A stretch of 64,000 nucleotides of DNA from Moniliella sp. 'wahieum' (taxonomy: Eukaryota). The position numbers were made by a program, and so were the translations under genes. The stretch spans positions 124,001 to 188,000 of the forward strand of contig RSEE01000039.1 of the NCBI GenBank assembly GCA_003971905.1, read 5' to 3'. Of this stretch, positions 1-12,733 are shown piece by piece. The notes beneath the pieces were generated by a model that was given only the letters and a program-made list of their open reading frames with translations, was not told the origin of the DNA and made no database searches. The first letter of the stretch is position 1. Each line of letters begins with the position of its first letter.

Positions 1-1347
1 CCGATTTCCTCTCCAGGCGTTTGACCGCACCGCGCGTGGCACTGCGGACCTCGATGATGAGGATCCAGTCGGCTGTGGGCTGCTCAGGCGCGAGGGAAGG
101 GTATGGATGAAACGCATCGGAGGGCGACGCGAGTGACTGCGTCCGGCAGGACAAGGCTCTGGTGCATGGAGTAGACCGAGCCCTCTCCCATCGTGGGCTC
201 GAGGACAGACGCGACCAAATGGGACGCGGGACCAGAGAGGAGCACGTCGTACAGATCCTCCAGCTGGCTGGGCAGAAGGAACTGTGCGGTATCATCCACT
301 CCCTCCCCCATGCCACTAAGGACGTTAGGCGGGGAATCTCGGGGTCCTGCACAGGGCCCCGCACGAAGGCCTCGTCCTCGAGCGCCGTCTCCTCTTCCAT
401 GAACCAGGGAATGTCCACACTCCCGGCCTGGCTGGCGCGCACAGGGGTGGTGTGCACGAGGCGGGCGGGCACGCGGGCGGCACGCGGCGGCAGCGGCGGG
501 ACGACGAGGCGGCGCGTGGGGCGGTGAGAGCGCGGGGCGTGCGACTGCCCTGGCGAGCATCCGGCGAGGCAGCATCGTAGGCACACTTGCTTGCTTGCTT
601 GGCTTAGGTGGTGGCGCACGAAAAAAGAACAGCAGGGTGCTTAAGCCCTCCATCCACCCGTCTCAAGAAGCCCGCTGTTCCGCCCCTTCCGCTCAACGCA
701 CGTGAGGCCCTGGTCACGTGAGTCTCTGGGCCGGCGTCGGTTTGCAGGTGCTCGTGGGGGCTCGAAGGGACGAGGAAGGCCAGGCTGAGGCCACGGACGA
801 TGAGATCGATGAGGAATCTACGCCAGCCGAATGCTGGGCCAAGGAGCTGCATCGGCTGCCCGAGCAGACCGAGTGCGACCAGCAGCAGGCATGCTGTCGG
901 CACGCCGTTTCTTTCCTTTGCCCAGAGGTTTCGGTATTCTCCGGCGGAAGGAACTTGGTTGCAGTGTTGTCGTGTGGGTGACGGCCTCGGCTTCATCGCC
1001 AACACGTCCGCCATGCTCATCCTCCACTCACGCTGCTTGGAAAAAACAAATGCCGGGAGGCAGAGGGTCTGGGCCTGCGGGCGACACCATTGACCTCCTG
1101 ATGAATGATTGGATGGGCACGAGCTGATATAGCAAACGCTCGAAAAGCGGGCCTAGTATAGGTGAAGCGTTTCTGATGTCCCTGCCACTCAAGGTGGCAA
1201 ATGCTATACTACGAACACGGAAGTGCAAGGTGCCATCATTACGAATTCCCCCCCCCATCATCGCGATGATCTACGACCCAGTCAAGAGCACCAAGAAAAA
1301 TCAATCATATTGACATCCAGCAGAACCAACACCTTCCACGTATCTCT

Positions 1348-3347
1348 TTACTTTGCACTCAGCAGCTGCGCCAGCTCGCGCTGGGCGAGGCGCTCCGACG
1401 CGTTCTTGCGCCGGCCCTGGGCCACCAGTTCCTGGTACCGCGCCCGCATCAGCTCCGTGTCAACCGTCAACGGACAGTCCGCAAGCGGATGGTGCGGCGT
1501 AGCGTGGCACACCGCACACTCGTGCACACTGGCCATCCCCCACTCTTGGCCAGGGCTCTTCTGCGTTTTCTTCGGCTGTGTCCCGAACGGCGTCGTCTCC
1601 AACTCATCGCTCTCTGCGGCACTCTGCTGTTCCTCATCGGACGCCATCACGTCATCCGTGTCCGCAGTCGCGCTAGTCTGGGTCCCCATCGCTAGCCCAG
1701 CCGCATGTCCAATAGCATCATCCTGCGGCGCATCCGGGGCGGCGGCAACAGGCATCTGATGCGAAGGCTGGGGGAAAATGAACTGGTACGAGTAGGATTC
1801 CGGCGGCTTGACGTAGATCACCACTTCCTCCGGGTCCAAGGCGGAAGAGCTTTGATCTTGCGTTCAAACGCAGCGAAATCGGTCTGGTTACGCAGCTCAA
1901 TCATCATGCCACGGAAAGCATAGGCCAACAACACCGTTTCCGTCGCGTCCAAGTCCAACCGATCCCGCACCAGCGATTGCATAGCAGCCAGAGTAGGAAT
2001 GTCTGTTCCAATGTCAGTGTCAACCCAAACCCAACGAGATCTTCGACAACACCAGAAAACAAGCGCGCAAAGGTCGGACCACCTAGCACGATAAAGTTGA
2101 CCGTCCCCGAAGCCGGACCGGTAGCAATATCGGCGGAAGGGGAATCGAATGAAGAGGCGGCGGTGGCACGCCCACACCGGCACTTGGGCTTGCGATGCTT
2201 TGCGTGCCTGGGGCAGAGACGACTCGCCAGCGTCTGTGGCGCCGTTGTTCTCAATCGCCATCGCAGCCGCAGCCGCAGCCGCTGCGCGTGCAGCAAGGTC
2301 CTTCTTACTCGGCCGACCACGCTTCCTGGGAATTGCGGGGGGCGAGACAGGCAACACCACGCCAGCTGCTTTGGCACGCTCCGCCAACTCCTTTTTGCTC
2401 GGCCGTCCGCGCTTTCTCGGCGACCGGGGCGGCGGGGGCGTCCAATGCAGCCCCGTCGTCCTCGTCGACCGCCTCCGGAGCGGCTGGCGCGGCCTCCTCT
2501 TCCGTAGGCACGGCTTCATGCTCCTGTGACGCATCGCCACCAGGGCTTTGGGGAGGCTCAAGCGCAGATTGCCCTTCATCCAAAGGTTCCTCTGAAGGGT
2601 GGTCAGCATCTTCATCCTCTAGTTGCTGTGCCGCCTTCCTGCTCGGCCGACCGCGCTTCCTAGGCGCGGTGGCAGGCACTACAGGCGTCGCCACACCAGC
2701 TGCTTTGGCACGCTCTGCCAACTCCTTGTTGCTCGGCCGTCCGCGCTTTCTCGCGACCGGGGCAGGCGGGGTGTCCAATACAGCCACGTCGTCGTCGTCA
2801 TCATCGGCCGCCTCCGGCGTGGCTGGCGCGGCCTCCTCTGGCGTGGGCACGGCTTCATGCTCCTGCAGCTCGTTGCTACTCGAACGTTGACGAAGCTCAG
2901 ACGCAGGTTCCCCTGCAGCGTACGAATCCTGCCATGAGGGCTCGGGCACCCCAGCATGTAGCTGTGAATCCGCCTGGCTTGATGGCTCGGGTTCAAGGTG
3001 TGGCTCCGCAGAATGGGGGAAAGGTGGGCCTCCGGCTGCTGCTGCGATGGATCGCCAACGCTCTCCTCAGCCAGCTGAAGTGACTCTCGTCATTTGCTGT
3101 GAAGGCCGTGTCGGTGGTCTTTTCGCCGGTTCGAAGCTCATGTCTGCCTCGGGCGCGTCGGAGTAGAAGCTGCGATTGGTGGTCTCCCTGTTGCTGTCCT
3201 TGCCATGGCGCTCCTTGCGCTCTTTATTCCGCCTCTTCTTCTCGCGGCGCTCCTTTTTGCGAGCATGATCTTTATCCTTGTGATCTCTGTGGCGACGCTT
3301 GTGGGGCGTTCCGTGTGGAGGCCGGGGGTCTGGGAGGTTTCAGGCAT
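1348..3347 (-). CDS. AT-hook chromatin-type protein with four RKRGRPS motifs, a PB1/ubiquitin-like segment and a C-terminal CxxC-H-C zinc knuckle (frameshifted in assembly; start uncertain)
   Basis: ORFs 2305..2949, 1818..2615 and 1348..1839 join up. They contain ARKRGRPSNK, PRKRGRPSRK, RKRGRPSKK twice, the segment VLLAYAFRGMMIELRNQTDFAAF, and CAVCHATPHHPLADCP. Confidence 0.65.
2305..2870. repeat. Internal tandem duplication of about 334 bp carrying the paired AT-hook module
   Basis: 2366-2526 aligns with 2700-2865 (ctgctttggcacgctc...ctcggccgtccgcgctttctc...ggcacggcttcatgctcctg). Confidence 0.85.
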
Positions 3348-4499
3348 CTCGTCGCAAGGGTTACTAGCAGAGATAGCGATACAGGTGGGTGATGCTTTGG
3401 TGGAATCTCACTGTGCGTAGCTTTGCGTAAGAAACTACTCTTTTGATGTTGTTTATGGCACTTACCGGATGCGAGTGGCGTGGTGGTGGGAGATGAATTG
3501 GATTGAACGTTGAACTTCAACATTGATTAGAATTGAGCGCTTGAGCCAGGCAATTGAATTGGAAATTGTGGCAAGAAATTCAAGGGGCGAAAAGGTCCAA
3601 GGCACTAGCCAGTCTTTCGGATTCCGCGAATTAAGTAAAAGAGAGAAAAAAAGAAAAAATACGCCATCAGATTTTATTGCGCCTCGCTATTTTGCTTTGA
3701 ATTACAAGCCGGACTGCATCACTCTCTGCAATGCCCTTTTTGAAGGCACGATCAACGGGTGGACAGTCCACTTCCATGGAGGAAGAGAGGAAGCAAATGG
3801 TGCGCTATTATAACCAACCCTACATCAACGCGACGCCGGGTGCTTCTGGACTTTGATGATTGATTAAATCTCAGTAGTGATTGATGATTAACCTAATCGA
3901 TGATTGATTGTCGGGCGCCACGCCGAACCAAGCGTGTGGACAGTGCTTCAACGTCTCAGCGATACGGCCTTTCCCGTCGGTCGTCAACAAAAGCTAACCA
4001 TATCAACAGCAACCTATATAGCCTCAGGATGAGAGAGGCCTTTTCCGAAGCGAGACTTGGGGTGGATGTGTGGGCAGTATGCGTGTGAGTGTGGCGTATG
4101 ACAGCCCCAGCCTCCTGCGCCACACACTCAGCAAACAAAACTGCCCTGACACAGGTCTGGACCCTGGCACCCTCCCTTCCATATATCCGCAACCCCGCCC
4201 GACACGCATCTTTATAGTGCTGTTCTTTTTTTGTCTGGTTAGGACGTTAGATCGTAGACATTGTCGCCTTGCTCGTCTGGCAGATCAGTCATTTTAACAC
4301 CCCCCCCTTCCCCTCTCCCTCTTTCGCCCTCCCTCCCCCTGCGACCAACAACCCCCATGCTACTGTTCAGCCAAGAGCTGGCCCGCGGCGCCCATCCTCC
4401 GTGACAGCAACCGCTATTGGCAGTGACGCGTGACGCGACAGCTTCCTGGCCTAGTGGGCCTCACATAGTTCGGATATTGTCTCCCTTGAGCTCCAAGGC

Positions 4500-6600
4500 C
4501 GAACCATCAAATCCATCACCACCGACACTACTGAGCGCGTGCGCCAATGCGCTCGCGATGCCATCCTTCTCGCCTTGTTGAGCGAGCCCATCCTAGAGCA
4601 CGCGCAGCACATCCGTCCCCTCTCTACCGGCTATACGTCATGCTCCAGGAGCTCGATAGCTTCTTCTGGCGCAAGCAGGACACTAAGGTCTGCCATGAGC
4701 TTACTGCTCTACAAAAATACCACTTGGCTCGGTATGTCCCGCTTTTTCCCACGGGGCTGGCGACGGCTGACACACGGTATTCTTTTGCACCTCAGTGTTG
4801 CAGGTACGAACCATTTGCTCATTATTTTCGCCCTCGTTTGCGCATCATTCTCGAATGGATGTGGAGAGAAAGACGGATACTCAGCGGGGGAAGACAAAAA
4901 GTTCCTTCTTCTCCACCGCCTGTTGTTACCATATATTACTCCTCGCTGTGTGACGCCTACCTTGCGCGCTTTGTGAATATCATCAGGCACCGCAAACGTC
5001 TCCAGTTTTGGGAGAGCGAAGGGGCCGCGGCTGAGTTGGAGCGGTAGAAGAGCACCGAGGGGTTACACATAACCCTTCTGGTTGACTTTTTTGTTGCCAG
5101 TGACGCTGAGGACGAGGGCATGCGTACCATCAGAGCCCCATGGAAACCAGGGTATACTGTGGAAACGGTAAAGGAGGAGCCTTCCCCGCCATCTGTCGCA
5201 TCACCTGAGGTGATGCCGGTAGTCCGCCAACTTTCTACCCCGCTCCTTACCATCACCTTGCCACTCCAATTGACCAGCACCGTACCCTCCGCGTCGCCCT
5301 CTTGTCTACTGCAGAAAAGGACGCTACTTCCGACCTCAACCGGCCTACCATTTGGCAGGCTATTACTGGCCCTGACGCCAAGCCTGACTCTCCATTCTCA
5401 AGGCTGAGATGCCCCACTTTGAGGCGATCCACAGCCGGGACTTGGTCGACTAGGCCAAGCCCGAGATGGCGCGGGCGCGCGAAACCAAGCAGCTGCTCGT
5501 GCCCCACTTTATCTGCAAGTCCAGCCCGGGCGAGGAGGGGGGCGGTAAGGCAAGTGCATCTATCTGCGCTTCAGCTCTCCCCGACTAGCCAGTGAGGGAT
5601 CATGTCTCTCCGCACCGTGCTGTCCGTGTACGCACAGCGCCCCTCGGACCTAGTCCTGCACCATTATGATTTTCTCAACCCTTACCTCCAAGAGGAGGTT
5701 GAGGAAGACATCTACATGCAGCCGCTGGGTCTGGCGGTGCACCCGATGGACATTCGAGCCTGTCTTCAAGCTGCGCATAGGGCGTTGTATGGGGTAGAGA
5801 TGACGTGCGCACCAGCTGGTCCCGCAAGCTCCAAGGTGCATTGGCACCCCTGGGCTTTCACCCGATCGAGAAGAATGAGGGCATGTACTTCCACCCCAGT
5901 TTGCACGTCGTTTTGTGGGAGCGTATGTGGATGAGTTGGTGTGTATCGGCTCAGCGGGGGATGTGAACATGGTGGAAGATTTGCTGAAAGATCTTCTTCA
6001 CCTCCGCAACTGTCGCCCGCTTCGCCGTCTCGGCACGTTAGAGGTACACGTTGACGATCGCCACATCTGCCTCAACCAACAGGGTGAGATCGCGCGCTTG
6101 CTCACCCGTCTTGGGGTGGAAGGTGTGGATATGCCAAGTCTATCGCTTCCCCTCACGCCGGTCAGCACACAAGAAACGAACGCGGATGATACCTTTGTGG
6201 GCACTGTCGCAGACAAGCAGCATTGATGGTACACCTACACCTACTCTAAGCTCAAAGCGCTTGCGCATGCGACTCGGCCTGGCATTTGCTACACTCTGCT
6301 CCGCCTCTCTCCGCGGGTGCATCCCATCCTCGGGCGGGAAGACTATGCGGCGCTCTGGCGCCTGCTGTTTTACATTAAGCGCACCGCCCATGCCTCGCTG
6401 ATCATTGGTGCGTACGGGGACAGGATCGAGGGTTTTTGCTTTCGGAAAGTATGCCGCCAACGACGGGGCTCGGGCGGCGGACGGTGCATGCGTCGGTCGC
6501 GCCGGCCCCAATGGTGCCCTTCAACAGCCCTCACCACATTGTCCGAGGCGCGGTGATCTTCCTGGGCTCGGCCCCGATCCATTGGTACTGGTCTTTCCTC
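4500..6600 (+). mobile_element. Heavily degenerate Ty1/Copia retrotransposon remnant (possible gag, RT, RNase H start); no LTR pair found
   Basis: Copia RT-like segments appear in the right order: RPTIWQAITGPDA, SLRTVLSVYA..LVLHHYDFLNPYLQEEVEEDIYMQPLG, HRALYG, AYVDELVCIGS (YVDD motif degraded), LWRLLFYIKRT, and GAVIFLGSAPIHW. Confidence 0.75.
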
Positions 6601-7387
6601 AAAGACGGCCCGCAGGACCCCCCACCGAAGCCTGCTTGATCAATCCCGCCCAAGCTGGCTACATGATTTGGCACCTCAGCTCCCTCCTGTCCGCGTTCAC
6701 GCCGGCTGTGCACCAGCGGTCACAAGCCCAGCTCTACCTCTCCAGTCGCGACGGCGTCGGCCAGCTGCTCTCCCCCGCGGGGCAGGGCCAGGTTCAGCTC
6801 GGACGCCAAGATTGGTAGGTGCTATCGTTACGTCCGCGCCTCGCATCTTTCCAATCTCCCACGATCGTTTCCTCGATCTGAACGATACGTCAGCCTGGGG
6901 CCCCCTCTCTGCCGCGCGGCCTGGTTACCCGCCTCGAGCGGGAAGAATACTTTGCGTGGCGCCACTCGGTCCGTGTCCAGCTGCACGAGCAACATCGTAT
7001 CAATTGCTTATTTATGAGATGGGATCGGTGAGATTGCTCGTTCACGTCTATACCTCCATGCCCCGCGGGAGCCTACTTCCTTCTTCTCTCTTGTCTCTCT
7101 CTTCACTTGCACTGTTGAGCCGGCTATGAATGTGTGGATACGCAAACCAACCCATAATTGAGACAGGGCATGGCCTGCGCCCCGTCCGCTCGGCAGGCCG
7201 GAGGGTCCTTTGGGGTAGACCAGTACAAGTACAGCGGTACAAAGAGACAAACCATAGGAGGCAAAGACAAGAGCAGTGAAACCAACGCGTCGTTGGCGAG
7301 GGGTGCTAGTAAACCACTCGGCAGCAGGGGGTCCCGGCAATACAATCAATGCAGCTCCCTCCCACCCCCTGAGAGCTGCTCAGATAA

Positions 7388-9590
7388 TCACCGGATTTTC
7401 CTTTCCTCACACCGCCAGCTCCAATCCACAACACGGTCAAGATGCGGTTCTGCTGGGCAATGCTCAGCCGGGCCGAGATGGTGGCACTCTGCGGATCCGT
7501 ATCCGAGTGCCATTGAATGTCCATCACCCCCCCAGCTGCCTTGAAGCGCTTGACAATCACGCCATCGCGTACGCGTTACCAGCACCATCCCGTCCATCCC
7601 CCCGGTCACCAAGAGACGTGCGCACGGGGACCACGCTAGTGCGACAACCGAGTCGGTGTGTTCCCGCACCACCCGAAGACACGTACCAGTATCGGCGTTC
7701 CAGATCCGCGCCGTGTGGTCAAACGATGCCGTGGCCAACATGCGAGGTTGAGTTTCGTTGGCAGTCTTAGGCCCTGTGGGCGCCCAAGAGAGCGCGTACA
7801 GTTCTTTTGTATGGCCAGCAAGAGTGAACTTGAGGCACTTGGCGCTCCGGAGGATTTGCTCGACGTGGGAGGATCGGGCAGGGGGGTTTCCTTCTCCTGC
7901 TCGGTCGAGTCCGAGGGAGGAGCGGTCGCGCCTCGTCGGTCGGGCGTGCGCCTGCGCGAAGCCGGGGACAGTCCCCTCCCCACCCCCAGCCCTTCAAGTG
8001 CAGCATCCACCATCCAGATCTTAGCCGTCATGTCGTCAGACGCAGAGGCCAACAGTGTGCTGGACGGGTCAAAAGAGATGGCGTTGACTTCATCCTCGTG
8101 GCTCTTGAGGACGCGAAGTGGTTTCCCCTCCCCGAGCTTGAGGAGATCAATGGTGTTGTCAGCACTGCAGGTGGCAAAGATATCGTCTTGCCACCCGCTG
8201 CCAGCCAGATCCCCGGGAGAGGAAAGCCAATCCACATCCAGGACGCTGTCCGAATGCACAGCAAACTGCTGCAACACCCCCCAGTCCCAAGATCCCAGAC
8301 AATGCCGTGCTGTCGGCTGAACCCGTCAAAAGACGTGTGCCCTGCCGGTTCCAGTGCACGCTAAAGATGGGCCCTTGGTGCATAGACATAACCAGATGGA
8401 GGTCCCCCTGGGTGTCCAGAGGCGCAAGATCCCATCGTATGAACCGGAAGCCAAAAGCGTTCCATCTGGGTTCCACTCCAATGCGGACACGTCTTTTGCG
8501 TGAGTCGCAGGAAGGTGTTTGCAAATCATCTTGGTCGTCTGGGAGCGGGCTGTGGGCCCAGTCGTAGGGTCAATGGGTTCCACCCCTTCTTTTCCCGGAA
8601 GACTCAAGTCCCAGATCCGAACCGTCGCGTCCCCAGCGCCCGAGGCAACCAAGTCGGGCACCGTAGGGTTCCACGCCGACACAAAGACTTCGCCCACATG
8701 CCCCGTTAGGACCTGTACCTCGTCCGACGTGAACTGGGTCCCATCCTCCACCTGGCGTGGGTAAGGATGAAGCCTGGGTCGGGAACCGAGCGGGCCTTCT
8801 TAGATTCCTTATATCCCTTGCGCTTCTTCTTCTTGCTCATTGCCGAGTCCGAATCGGGGGGTTCATCCTCATCGGAGCCTCTCCTGCCCTCGTTCCTTGT
8901 GGAGGCTCTGAAAGCTCCCTACGTGGCCTCTTATCGCTTCGGGGAAGTGAGCCTTGCTCCTCACTTGGCTTCCGCTTCGGGCCGCCGCCGTTGGTTGGGG
9001 CTGTGACGGCGGTGGCGCGGCGGCGGGAAGGTCTGTGTTGCGGCGTCAGCAAATTCTCGGCGCTCTTTCGGTCCGGATCAGGTGAGCCGCTGGGGGGGAG
9101 GAGGCGTTCCTTGCTGCGGTTCGGGCGGAGGGGAGCTGCGGCCGTCACAGACGTGGGGAGGGCCGATGAGCGGAAAGGCGCGCTGCAGGCCACCTCGGAT
9201 CCATCCTGTGCGCGTGTCGCGGCAGACGAAGTAAGCATGGGGACGCAGCAAGACGGATGGGGGGGGGGGGGGGGGAGCACACGCACAGGGTTGATGTGGG
9301 CCTCAACGGCAAGGTAGAGCAGGCCCTTGGGAGGGTGCGGATAAGGGCGCCGGGCTCGACGACGGCGTGCTGGCTGTTGGGGTCGTCGTCGAGGCGGGCC
9401 TCGTGGCGGAGGGCAAAGCATGTGGGTGAAGCCGCTCTCCTTGAGGTAGTGGTACACAAGCAGGTTGACGTCGGCGCTCTTGCACGCCGGAGCATGGTGG
9501 GGGCAGAGAGAGGCAGGCGAGCCCGTCGGCGGAGAAGGCGCGGGCGATGGTGGTGGATGCGCTGCGGGTGCTGGTGCTGGGCGGGGGCAT
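7388..9590 (-). CDS. SIF2: LisH plus WD40-repeat corepressor subunit (Sif2/TBL1X family); intron about 9206-9286; assembly frameshifts
   Basis: LisH motif ADVNLLVYHYLKESGFTH and LPRACS/KGLLYLAVEAHI region; WD repeats LTGHVGEVFVSAWNP..ASGAGDATVRIWD, DVSALEWNPDGTLLASGSYDG, HEDEVNAISFDPSSTLLASASDDMTAKIW, LATASFDHTARIWN. Confidence 0.85.
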
Positions 9591-10426
9591 GTACCGTGTC
9601 TGCCGGCGTCGGCTAGCCTCGGCACGGGTCAGCGGCAGCGGCCAGCTGCCTGCACGCGTCTGCCCTTCTCGCGCCCCGGCCCAGCCGCCGCTGAGGCCAT
9701 CACCCACACTGCCCCCGTGGTGCATAGCCCCTATTCCGCTCGTCTCACGGCGCCCGTCTCGTCCTTCCGCCCCGGCACGCCGGCACGGCACCATCGTATG
9801 GCCACCACTGGCCCCCTGCCCAGCTCGCCTTTTCATCACACCTGCCGCGCTGTGCTAGCGCTCCCCTTGCATCGCAGTTCCGCTCCGCTGCGATTCCGCC
9901 CTTGGCCAAGGCATGGCGGATATGGGCCACGTATTCATTCACGCCCTGCCCCCGCCTCATTCCCCCCCCCTCATTATGGCCATCCCTTCCTTCTGCTACC
10001 CCTCCCCTCAGCAGGCATGAATCTATCACGTTGCTTTTAGGCTGCTCTCTCACTAGGAAGCATACCGCTCGCAGTCCGCACGCCTCACACACCCTGCGCC
10101 TGCCGACCTGAGGCCCAGACCAGCCCGTCCGCGTCAGACTCCGTGGGCGATTGCACTGGAAACCAGACGCATATTCCGCCCAACCGCACACCCTGTCGTA
10201 GCCACGGCCCCCAGATCACCTCAATCACCGGCAGGGGGGGCGGCGGCCCTTGCGTAACCCTGACGCCAATTTTGCCCTTGCCGCAGCAATGCCAACAGTG
10301 CCCCCGTCCTGGGCTATGATTTTCAATTCCGGTTAGGGTTCCGCACCGCGTCCGCTCCTCGTGGCCACCTGGACCAGCGCTCTGCTTGGCTGACTCACCA
10401 CCACCGCCGCCGCCAAGTTCATCAAG

Positions 10427-11088
10427 ATGGGTCGTCGTCCTGCGCGCTGCTCTACCGCTACTGCAAGAACAAGCCCTACCCCAAGTCGCGCTACAACCGT
10501 GGTGTGCCCGAGCCCAAGATCCGCATCTTTGACCTGGGCCCAGCGTGCGTCGGTCGATGACTTCCCCTTCTGCGCCCACATGGTGTGCGACGAGCACCAG
10601 CAGATCACCTCGAGGCGCTTGAGGCTGCGCGTATTTGCGCCAACAAGTACATGGTCAAGACGGCCGGCAAGGACGCTTTCCACATGCGCATCCGTGTGCA
10701 CCCCTTCCACGTGATCCGTATCAACAAGATGCTCTCGTGCGCTGGCGCTGACCGTCTGCAGACGGGTATGCGTGGTGCCTGGGGCAAGCCCTACGACACG
10801 GTGGCCCGTGTCGACATTGGCCAGGTGCTCATCTCGATCCGCTGCAAGGACAGCAACAAGGCTGCTGTGCTCGAGGCTCTGCGTCGCTCCCGGTACAAGT
10901 TTGCCGGTCGCCAGAAGATCATCGTGTCGAAGAAGTGGGGCTTCACCCAGCTCGACCGCACCCAGTTCACCCAGGCCATGGCCGAGAACCGTATCATCAA
11001 GGACGGCTGCTACCTCCAGTTTGTCAACAACCACGGCCCTCTTGTCCAGAACCTCAAGCTCCACCAGCGTGCTGCTGCCCAGCAGTAA
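10427..11088 (+). CDS. RPL10: 60S ribosomal protein L10 (uL16), intronless, indel errors near the 5' end
   Basis: MGRRPARC start; [83 protein letters not shown]. Confidence 0.97.
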
Positions 11089-11107
11089 GTTGGATCTATG
11101 CCTCTTT

Positions 11108-11200
11108 TTTGTTAAGGAGTCTTGTCTCTTGAATATGTAAAGCAAGCTTGCTTTGCTCGCCTTGCTTCACCTGTTTGTTATGGAGTCTCGTCTCTTGAAT
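11108..11200 (+). repeat. 27-bp direct repeat just 3' of RPL10
   Basis: tttgttaaggagtcttgtctcttgaat (11108-11134) versus tttgttatggagtctcgtctcttgaat (11174-11200), two mismatches. Confidence 0.8.
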
Positions 11201-12638
11201 CTAAAAACGTTGAGCGGGGCTTGCGCCCCTGTCTCTATTCCCCCCCCCCCTCTCCGCCTGCAATGCTGCATCTATAGAGTGAATGTAGCAGCTGAGTCGG
11301 AGGTCGAGTCCCCAGAACAGATAGCGCTGGCCCTTGTGGAATTGATGCAGGGAAAGCACGGTAAGGACGGGTGGCGACGAGCTATACTGCCCAGTGCTAT
11401 ACTGGCCATAAACCTCTTCACTATATTGTGGGCCCTACAGGTTTTGCAGTCTGTTTCGCCCGGCCTGTAGGGCGCTCATCGTTTGTCGGAACGACGGGGG
11501 CCCGGCCGCTCATGACGCACGAGCTCTCAAGTAAAACTATACATGCACAAAGGTTGCGACGTAGTCCAGAGGCTGTTTGCCGCAACATGGAGCTCAGAAG
11601 ACCGCCAGCCACATATGCATCCGCACTCCCTCCCCAGCGTCGACCTCACTGTCGCGTTGGTTTGACAGCAGTTTCGAAACAGCTTCCGTCCAGGAGCCGG
11701 AGGAGGCTAAGATGCCCGCGCTTATGTCGGACGTTGGGAGAAGGCACTGTCTCGTTTACTGCAACAGGCGATTGTGAGAAAACAACATGTGCCAAGAGTC
11801 GATCTCATCATATGCGTAGTTGTTTCCATCACCATGCCGGCTTGCTCATCTGTCGTTTGCGGACACTTCGCTCTTCGCCCCTAAATCCAATTATAGGATG
11901 TCAATCGCGTCATCCGCGTCATCAGATATAACCCTCTGCTTCTCGGGCGATTCGTTTACAAAGCATATCATGTAGCGCCAATGGGTAAGCATTACCGTGG
12001 TGGACCTGTGCGCCATGACTAAAAACCCAGGAGCACCGTGACTTTTTCGCTACCAAACCGCAGTGATGAAACATCCATTTATGAGTCTTCTGGATGACAC
12101 CCCTTTCGTCGCGGCAAGGCCAGAGGGGAAGATTGGGGGCGACTCCCTGCCCTCGCCTTGCGATATAAATCTCCGGGAGGGAAGCATGTATGTACAGGAA
12201 AAGTCTTCTCGCCCACAATGGAAGCCTAAGTGTGTAAAGTATGAGTCCATTGAACCGTATCCAAGTGACCCCTCGTTTGGTTACATTCTACGGCGGGAAT
12301 TGGGACGGAGTGCCATCGATTCACTCTCCTAAAACAGAGAAGAGAGTGACGAGAACGAAGTTGAAAAAGTCCACAGAAGAGGTGAGGGAGGTAATGAGGA
12401 GTTGGGACGTTGAGCTTCATTCGAGATGATGGTCGCTATGACTATTGGATCCACACCATGCAATTGCGATGCAAGAGAAAAAGGTGATACCATAGGAACT
12501 GAGGAACGAGTGCAAGCTAGGGTAGCTTGATGGAGATGGATTTGGTCCATGCTCGGTATGAGCTACTAGACGATGGGTCGAACTACGGAAAAGGCAGGAC
12601 CTAAAACGGGTAAAGCTGTAGCAAAACAGGTTTCGTAC

Positions 12639-12733
12639 GCTTCAATGGGTTAGTGGTATACTACATCGTTGCCAGACTGGCCCCGTGCCTGTGAGACTTC
12701 GATGTGACAGGGGTTCGATTCCCCTTTGAAGCA
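12639..12733 (+). tRNA. tRNA-Gly(GCC) with a 24-nt canonical intron (12675-12698)
   Basis: Acceptor stem GCTTCAA/TTGAAGC; D loop AGTGGTA; anticodon stem CATCG/CGATG with TT-GCC-A; T arm AGGGG-TTCGATT-CCCCT; downstream T8 Pol III terminator. Confidence 0.95.

Noticed and set aside
84..1130. Short minus-strand ORFs at the window start
   Set aside because: No recognisable domain or consistent gene structure, so I cannot support a call.
3850..3912. Repeated TGATGATTGA motifs as a C/D snoRNA or homeodomain site array
   Set aside because: No CTGA D box at a suitable distance and no terminal stem; spacing does not match a motif I can support.
4085..4130. Imperfect hairpin as an ncRNA
   Set aside because: Low-complexity GT/AC pairing with no recognisable RNA family features.
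4200..4325. TTAACA followed by a pyrimidine run as an LTR end with PPT
   Set aside because: No second LTR copy or TSD found, and the implied orientation conflicts with the plus-strand Copia RT.
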